Source: Prorocentrum cordatum (Eukaryota). Taken from it: a DNA stretch of 64,000 nt. The notes below the pieces were generated by a model, which was not told the DNA's origin, ran no database searches, and saw only the letters and a list, made by a program, of their open reading frames with translations. The stretch lies in NCBI GenBank assembly GCA_963575745.1, contig CAUYUJ010000001.1, forward strand, positions 1,364,001 through 1,428,000. Reading direction: 5' to 3'. Below are positions 56,371-64,000 of the stretch, piece by piece (the stretch's first letter is position 1; each line of letters opens with the position of its first letter). Made by a program: the position numbers and the translations under genes.

Positions 56371-57028
56371 CTTGCTTCCTTCCCTCTTTCCTCAACCACC
56401 CCGCTGTGTTGGGGAATCGTTGTGGAGAGAGCGCCCCGCGTGCACTCCTTCCTGCACCTGCCTCCTCCCTGCTGCCATCCCTGCCCCAGCCGTCCGCATG
56501 TCCATGCCAGCACGGAGGAGGAGGAGGAGGAGGAGGAGGAGGAGGAGGAGGAGGAGGAGGAGGAGGAGGGGGAGGAGGAGGAGGAGGAGGAGCAGGAGTG
56601 GGAGGAGAGGGAGGAGCAGGAGGAGGAGGAGGAGGAGGAGGAGGAGGAGGAGGAGGAGGAGGAGGAGGAGGAGGGAGGAGGAGGAGGAGGAGGAGGAGAA
56701 GAGGACTCCTCCTCCTGGTCCCATGTCCGTGCCAGCACACCACTCGCACGTTTCGTGGCGCCGTGTGGAGCTCTAGCTACAAGGCCCCAGGGGCCGGGGG
56801 TGGGGGGGGGCATGCGGTCCCCCGGCCGAGTTCGGCGCGCTCCTGACACCTTTCGTGGCCCCAAGGGGGGTGGGGGGGTGAGGGTCGCAGGCGGTCCATC
56901 AGCCCATTTCGGTCACACGTTTCGTAATCCTCCTCCTCCTTCTGGATCCTCCTCCTCCTCCTCCTCGATCCTGCTCCTCCTCCTCCTCCTCCTCCTCCTC
57001 CTCCTCCTCCTCCTCCTCCTCTCCTCCT

Positions 57029-57065
57029 TCCGTAGCCATTTTGGCTCAAGCCATTTTGGCTCAAG
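57029..57065 (+). other. Dinoflagellate spliced leader TCCGTAGCCATTTTGGCTCAAG (57029-57050) plus relict SL CCATTTTGGCTCAAG (57051-57065)
   Basis: Exact match to the DinoSL consensus DCCGTAGCCATTTTGGCTCAAG, followed directly by SL nt 8-22, the known relict-SL form of recycled dinoflagellate mRNAs. Confidence 0.97.
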
Positions 57066-57214
57066 GTACCCATGTCGCCCTGCGGCCGCATGGATACCGC
57101 TGGTCCGCGGCCAGTCCACGGTGTTTCTCCTCGCCTTCACGGAGGGAGTTGGGCGCCCTCATTCATTGCCCTCCCACCGTCCCGCGGTCTCGATCATATT
57201 CTCTGTGGCGTGCC

Positions 57215-58613
57215 ATGGGCGGATCAGCGAGGCGGTCGAAGAGGGAGAAGGAACGGCGTCGGAGGCGCCGCGAAAGTGATCATGATGTGTCTGTCTCTTC
57301 TGTGTCTGCTGGTTCCTCTGGCTCTGACAAGCCCAGTCGTGAGCGTTCAGAAAGAGGTGACCGACGCCGACGCCCGCCACGCAGTGCCTCTGATGGTCTA
57401 CGACAGAGCCAAGACCATGAAGCCCCTGAGGTCTCTCGGACTCCCTCCCTGCCGTCTGCGAACCAGAGTATGGCGGATGCGGTCCTCGAGATGGAACGGG
57501 ATGGCGTACGGCTCTCGCAGGTTCCCACATTCCCGCCTTCGCAGCAGCGTGTTGATCCGCATGACCCTTGGGCTAGGGCTGCAGCCGATGCGATTCTCAC
57601 TCCTCCTGCTTTCCCTCATGCACAGGTGGAGGGCACAGCGACGCCACGAGATGACATCACTCCTACGATGCCTGCTGGACATGGTGAGGGAGCCGAGGGT
57701 GGTCCTGAATGGGCTACCTATGTTTCGCAGGTGGTTGCTTCTCAGCTGCAGGCGCACGCGGCGAACATCACTGCGCAAGTCCAGAATGCTGTTGCCACCA
57801 CTCTGCAGCAAGCCCAGGGCACGATCATCTCGCAGCTCCAGGCCCACCTCGCCCCGACGATGCAGAGGGTTGACGGACGCGACCTGGCCATTGGCGACCT
57901 TCAGAGGAAGCAGCTCGCCATGGAGGACGCCCAGAAAGAGATGCGCGCAGACATCAAGCGGATCAATAACCGCTTGGCACTATCGGAGGAAGAACACTCA
58001 GTGGTGGACATCGCCCGTCTCCTGGGCTTTGACAGAGATCCCTACCCCACGATCTTCACGATCAACGCTCCCGATGATGTTGCCCCCGACGAAGTGCGCG
58101 GAGCCATCGCATCTTGGATCAGCGACGCCAAGCTTGATGCGGAGGATGCAGTGCTGCGCGGACGGGGACCCAGCAGACGGTTCGTCTTGGAGGTCAAAGG
58201 TGGTGCGACAGGTATCTCTAAGGCCATCACCTTGGCCAAGGCTCTCCGCTTCCCCTCGGGGGAATGGAGGAGGTTCTCGGCTAGGCAGCTTTCTGGGGCC
58301 ACTGGTCCTTTTGTACGTTGGCCCCGACAAAGCCCCCAAGCAGATCAGACGCGAGCAGCAGTCCAAACGATTGGCCGCTATCGTTCAGGAGAAGATGCCC
58401 AACAAACGCTGGTGGGCTACCAGAGCAAGAGGCTTGGTGCACATCGAATGTCAGCCGCTGGTTGAGGTGGTGGTCAGAGGTGCCAGCGAGCCTTCAAGAC
58501 TTGCATGGAATCAAGCAGTGGTCGCCCAGCACCAAGTGGACGTGGCGGGCATCACGGCTGCCTTCAATCGTGCCTTCGAGACGGTGGATACCAGTTCCTG
58601 GTCGTGGTCCTGA
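57215..58613 (+). CDS. LINE ORF1-like protein (basic/Ser-rich N-terminus, coiled coil, RRM/CTD-like part), needing a +1 frame change near 58307-58312
   Basis: ATG 57215 (MGGSARRSKREKERRRRR), heptad-like Q/A/L segment (AIGDLQRKQLAMEDAQKEMRADIKRINNRL). The protein-like sequence continues in the +1 frame as LYVGPDKAPKQIRREQQSKRL...SSWSWS to TGA 58611-58613, just before the endonuclease domain. Domain identity is inferred from composition and position. Confidence 0.7.
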
Positions 58614-61600
58614 CCAATGGGCTCAGCCGTGGCGGATTGAAACGCTTGAGAAGGGTTCTCGACAAGAGGTCAGGGCCGTCTCATGGAATGCCAGAGGCCT
58701 GTGTGGACTCAGCCCCAAGGGGCGCAGGAGAGCTCTATGTCGCTCGAAGCTCAAGAGGCTCGAACCCTTTCTTCGCATGCGAGCGGTCGTTCTACTTCAA
58801 GAAGTGCATGGATCTGAATATGACTTACGCTTTTTGTCGAGGCAGTTTCCTTATGAGTACCGAACTTTTTTCAGCGCAGCTTCGTCACCTGGGAGAGGAG
58901 GTGTTGCGATTTTGATTCCATGGTACAAGGAGGCGGATCTCGAGAAGCTCCCCTCTGGTGTTACCCCGTCCTTTCTGCCCCGATGTGTGGTTCCTGGGCG
59001 CATCCTCTCTCTACAAGTCCGAGGTGCTGGTCAAGCCGTTCACATTTTGAATGTGCATAACTTTGATTTGGACGCCCAGGCGCGCCAGGCGGCGCGAACC
59101 TTGTGGAGGCGTGCGGCTGCGTGGGCCCAACAAGATGAACGGCGTCGTTGCTTCATTGCCATTGGCGACTTCAGCGTGGCGGATGTCGCCCCAGACTCCC
59201 TTCTGCGGCCTGCGGCTCGGCGTGATGTGGAAGTTCGTGGACAACAGCATCAACCATTCTGGCGTGCGCTGTTTGACTTTCGCACGGTGGAGGTGGTCTC
59301 TGGCGTGCCGACACACTTCTGCATGCGCACCCAGACATGTTCGACCATTGATAGGCCTTTTATCTCGCGAACGCCACCTTTCATTCTCGAAACGGAGGTC
59401 ACGCTGTCGGCACAACAGGAAGCAACGCGGCTGTCTGACTGGCATCTCAGCGATCATGCTCTGCTTCTTCTACAGCTTCGACCGAGAGGGAAGAAATCAC
59501 CAACGGAGCGTTCGATTCCCGATTATGTCTTTCGTGTGCCCGGGTACAAGGTTGAGCTGAACAAATACCTGGCACACACCGACTGGACTGGCTGCTCTGT
59601 GGCTGAGCGTTGGTCTGCCACCAAAGATTTCATGATCAGAGCAGCGGCACGTGTGCGCAACCTGCTCCACCAGCTGCCTCTGGATACCTCGCGCGATGGG
59701 GCTGAAGACTCGAGGGGGATCACGCTTCGTAGTATTGCTCGGGCCATTTGGCAGCAGGATTCTCATCTGGCATCGTTGCTCCGACATGATACTGAGTGCG
59801 GCCAGCGGTTCCTGTATGTGGACAATGGTGCAGTCTCTCTTTTGAATTCCTCTGAGTTCGCTGAGACGGTCATTCGGACGAACGCTGAGTGGCATGAGCG
59901 GCTCCAACGCCACGCGGCTGCCCAGGCGCTTCGTTGTGATTCTCAACGTCGCGAGCCTGCTGAACTGTCCCGGGAACAGTGGAGGAAGATACAGAGGACT
60001 TCAGCGAGGAGGGCCCGCCTATGGAGTGACTCGCGCCGCCAGCTTATTCTGAACGGTATCAGGCACAACTCGTCTGGCCACTCCACGATGCCTCCTGCAG
60101 TTGCAGACGTTATCTGTTCTCCACATGTGGACCCCCAAGAGCAGGTGATACGACTCAGTACTCAGCAGTCATCGGGGGAGCGTGTCCTGACGCGGATGGG
60201 AACCTCGCTTTCTTTCACTGCGAAGTCTGAGTCTTGCATATCTGAGGCATCCCTTCAAGCCGCTGTATCGGACTCACCTGGTGGTCGGACTGCTGCCACG
60301 GGCAGGAGCGACCTTAATGTCGGCCGCCCCGCGCCTCGTGAGTCTACGGTTTCAGCGGCCGCTGTAGGGATGCGCGGGGGGAGTCTTCAAGCCGCTGTAT
60401 CGGACTCGCTTGGTGGTCGGGCCACGCCTGCGGGCAGTGGCGACCTTAATGCCGGGCCCTCCCCTGGGACCGCGCCTCGCGAGCCTGCGGTTTCAGCGGC
60501 CGCTGTTGGCTCTTCTGGCCGCTCTTCTACTACGTCGTCCTCGCTATCGGTCTCTTCTTCTTCGTGTTCACTGGCGAGTGGATTCTTGACGGAATCTGAG
60601 GTGTGTGAGGAGTTGCATGTCCAACCTGAGGCTTATATTTCTGCTGGGCATACGGGTTCTTCGGATGGTGCGACTGCCCGCGGAGCGGTGGACATGGCAT
60701 CTGCGCTTCAACGCCACTGGGCGGAGGTGTTCAGAGCGAAGAAGTCTCCGTCTCGCGATGTTCTCCATGGTTATCTTTGTGTTCATCTTCCTGTCTACCC
60801 TGCGCCTGAGCTCAGGCCGCCATCGATCGATGACCTCAGAGCTGCCCTGCGCAAGGGCAAACCCAGTGCGCCTGGCCCAGACAGGCTGCCCTACCGTGCG
60901 TGGCTGGCCCATGATGATGCGGTGGAGACTCTTTATCTGGTCATGTTAGATATGTTCAGCGGTATTGGCTGCCCATCGGGCTTCAATCATCACTTGTTGT
61001 GCTTCATTCCGAAAGATGAGCGGCCAGAGGACCTGATCGATCTTGTGCGGGCTCCTGAAGAGCTAAGGCCGCTTGCCCTGAAGAACACGGACTCAAAGGC
61101 CATCGCCAGTACCATTAATGTTCAGTTACGCACCATTGCGGAACAGAGATGCCACCATGTCCAGCGCGGCTTTGTCCGTGGAAGACAGCTTACCACCCAC
61201 ATCGCGGAGCTCGACACGTATGCGCGCATGGCTGGTGGACATATGTATGCGAGTGACCTCAAACCTGTCTTCATTTCGTTTGATGTATGTGCTGCCTTTC
61301 CATCGATGAGCTGGGTGTGGATTCAGATTGTACTGGGCTATCATAAGATCGCCACGGGCTTTCTCATGGCCACTCGAGCACTGTATCATGATATGCAAAG
61401 CTGGACTTGGTGTGGTGAGTCCTTGCAATTTCTCTTTCATGTATCGGCGGGGGTGGCCCAATGCTGCCCACTTTCTGGTTCCTTATGGGCGTTGACGTTT
61501 GACCCCTTCCTGCACCATCTGTGCAATGGCAATGTGGAGGGCTACGGAAGTGTGAAGGCAGCTGATGGGTTCGATGTTGGCAATACTGGCTACCCGATGG

Positions 61601-63039
61601 CGACTGGCCCTGGTGAGATGGCGCCTTTGATTGCTGGATCATGTGCGGATGACGTTGGTGTGGTACTACCTGCACTGAAGGAGGTGACGCGCGTTGCGCC
61701 CGTGTTTGCAGCTGCACAGGAGTTGGCGCACTTGCGCCTGCAGAGCAAGAAATGTTTCGTCGTGCCGCTGTGGACCCGTGCATCCCCTGAGGTGCACGAC
61801 CTAGTCGGGTCCCGCCTTCGGTCTTTTGCTCCGGCCTTTTCGGCCTTTCCCATCAGGGGCCGTGCCAAATACCTGGGGATGCAGTTCGGTCCCGAGGCCA
61901 CGCTCGAAATGCAGTGGGAAGCGGCAAGCACGAAGCTCGCACATCGAGCGCGCCTTGCTGCTTCGACGCGGGCGCCTGCAGAAGCATCTGCGCGGCAGTA
62001 CAACTCCTGCTCTCTTCTGGTCCTGTCTTACCTCGTTCAGTTCTTTCCCCTCCCCTCCTTCTTCCTCCGGAGGGATCAATGGCTGCTGCACAAGCTCCTG
62101 CGGCTCCCCCCAAACACGTTTAAGCGTGATGAGATCCTAAGCCTTCATCAGTGGTTCCCTGGATCGGCGCCTGCGGCGATGGCGGTTCTTGGTCGTTCTG
62201 CTGCGTGGCGGTTCGGGCTTCACACGTGGACGAAGGCCAAGGATTTCACACTTCTCTTGAGAGAATGGCATGTGTGGCATGGTGCAACTGTGCGTCATGT
62301 CCGAGAGGAATGGTCTCCGCGGTGCTGGGCCCAAAGTAGGTCGATTGCCCAATTTGTTCTGTCTGTCATGGATGCCTCCCCCTCCGCCGTTTTCTCTCGG
62401 ACTGCTCTCCGAGAGGCGGAGCGGAGGATGGTGGAGGAAAGGCGTGCAGCTTTGGAGAGTGGAAGGCGACCTAGGATCCAGCGTATCCTCTCCCGCTCCC
62501 TTTCCTCGAGCCTCTTTCCTGACCGCCTCCACCTCCTCTTCCTCCGTCGCCTCCATGCCTGGTTCCCGTCCCTGGAGCTCCCCGCCCCCCGAGACTTGGA
62601 AGCGAGGTGGGCGCTCCTGAGGACGATTCTCTCGCGCTCCCAGCCCTCGTGGGCGTGGGCTCATTTGAAGAGTCTTGCAGGTGGATGGATCACGTCAGCC
62701 AGAATGCCTGTCCTCGTGCGCAGGAGCTGTCGCTTAGGGTGCGAAGGATGTGTGGACTCCCTTCCTCACTACCTCTGCTGCCCTCGTCTTCTCCACCTTC
62801 TGTCTCGTCATCGCCCTCGTGCTTTTCTCCCGCCCTGCCCCATGGCGAGGATTGGGCTTGGAGACGAGGGGCAGTATGACCGTCTCTTCTCGAGGGCGGA
62901 CGCTCACTGTTTGGTGGTCCTGGCCTTCCACTTTTACCATAAACTAAAAGCAGAACAGGATGCTGCGCCTGGCTCTGCTCGTGATCTCGAATATCATTTG
63001 AAGATTCTGAGAGGTGCCAGAATTGCAACGGGCGCCTGA
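58614..63039 (+). CDS. LINE ORF2: AP-like endonuclease, reverse transcriptase and C-terminal zinc knuckle (frame open from 58285, true start unknown)
   Basis: APE motifs VSWNARGL, LLQEVH, GGVAILI, IGDF, TIDR, LSDH. RT motifs SAPGPD, RPLALKNTDSK, QRGFVRGR, FDVCAAFPS, GVAQCCPLS, CADD, KYLG. C-terminal CRLGCEGCVDSLPHYLCC. No stop codon for more than 4.7 kb. Confidence 0.95.
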
Positions 63040-63229
63040 GATGGAGGATTGCTTTCCGAGGCACGTGCGCTCCTCCTCTCCTCCTCCTCCTCTTCTCCTC
63101 CTCCTCCTCCTCCTCCTCCAGGCGGAGCAGTAGCGCGAAGAGGCGCCCGGGCGGGGGAAGGCCGCGGGCCAGTAGGTCGCCGCTCCGAGCGGCGAGAAGA
63201 AGGGCGCCAGGGGGCTCCACCTGATCCCC

Positions 63230-63990
63230 CAGAGGGGGGTTCACATGCGGTCCACCGGCCCATTTCGGCACACCCTTCACCTTCACACGCTTCGTAACCG
63301 CATATGGGGGCTACACCTGAGCCCTCAGAGGGGGGGGGTCGCATGCGGTCTCCAAGCCAATCTGGCACACCCCTCACACGCATCGTGGCCCAATGGGGAG
63401 CTCCACCGAAGACCCCAGTGGCAGCGCCCGCATGCGTCCCCGGGCTCATTTCGGCAAACCCCTCACACGCTTTGTAGTTCCATCGGGAGCTCTATCAAAG
63501 GCTCCAGTGGCAGCGCCCGCATGCATCCCTGGGCCCATTACGGCACATCCTTCAAACGTTTCATGGCCCCGCAGGGAGCTCCACCGAAGGCCCTACTGGC
63601 AGCGCCCGTGTGCGTCCCTGGGCCAATTTCGGCACACCCTTCACACGTTTAGCGGCCCATAGGGAATTCCACCGATCAGCTGCGAGCGAGGGAGGGGGGA
63701 GTGAGAAGGAGAAGGCCTCCTCAGAAGGCGGCGAAACTTCTCAGAAGGCCTCCGGCCTTCTGAGAGGTTCTGGGCGTCTTCGGGGAAGGCTTCTAGAACA
63801 TTTGTCAGAAGGCCGTGGGACATCCAAGCCTTCTGAGAAGGCCCGCCCCTTTTCACTTCCCCCACGGACTCGCCGCCGAACCGAGGGCCCCAGTGGCAGG
63901 GCCCGCATGCGCCCCCAGTTCCATTTTGGCACAAACCTCACACGTCTTGATGCTACACAGGGGGCTCCACTGAAAACGAGATTCACAAGT
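63230..63990 (+). repeat. Degenerate tandem repeat (about 90 bp; gcagcgcccgcatgcgtccc / ccatttcggcacaccc), same family as 56720-56930
   Basis: gcggtcca..gcccatttcgg..cacacg.ttcgtaa occurs on both sides of the LINE insertion. Confidence 0.8.
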
Positions 63991-64000
63991 GCGGTGTTCA

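Larger units (their letters stand above)
57029..63069 (+). mobile_element. Full-length non-LTR retrotransposon (APE-RT LINE, L1/Tx1-like two-ORF architecture) beginning with a DinoSL
   Basis: Contains ORF1 and a long ORF2 with APE, RT and C-terminal Cys/His motifs. Bounded by the direct repeat ctcctcctctcctcct at 57013-57028 and 63070-63085, with the same ctct phase break of the (TCC)n tract on both sides. The 5' end is the DinoSL. The 3' UTR is 30 nt with no poly(A). Confidence 0.93.

Noticed and set aside
57029..57110. Stand-alone SL RNA gene
   Set aside because: The full SL is followed by a relict SL instead of a GT donor, lies inside a TSD and leads into LINE ORF1. No tandem SL or 5S array is present. 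A captured SL RNA origin is kept only as an alternative hypothesis.

Overview
Eukaryotic, GC-rich, gene-poor and repeat-dominated DNA, almost certainly dinoflagellate. The evidence is a perfect 22-nt dinoflagellate spliced leader (DinoSL) and a GC-AG intron. One host gene is recognisable: an HpcH/HpaI-family aldolase (21892-23746, +), split by a 147-bp TIR/TSD element (Introner/MITE-like) and a 767-bp GC-AG intron. Mobile DNA includes a decayed RTE-type LINE (about 13650-16500, -), a decayed and very GC-rich transposase-like relic (about 46950-51216, +) and a near-intact 6.04-kb APE-RT LINE (57029-63069, +). This last element is the main finding. Its 5' end is exactly the DinoSL followed by a 15-nt relict SL, it has no poly(A) tail, and it sits in a (TCC)n microsatellite with a 15-16-bp target-site duplication. 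This suggests a retrotransposon that uses host SL trans-splicing, with its pyrimidine-rich target as the acceptor tract, to define and regenerate its 5' end. The rest is microsatellites, degenerate satellites, dispersed repeats and one 100-N gap. Most ORFs in the supplied track are low-complexity artefacts. All calls were made by eye and no database searches were run.
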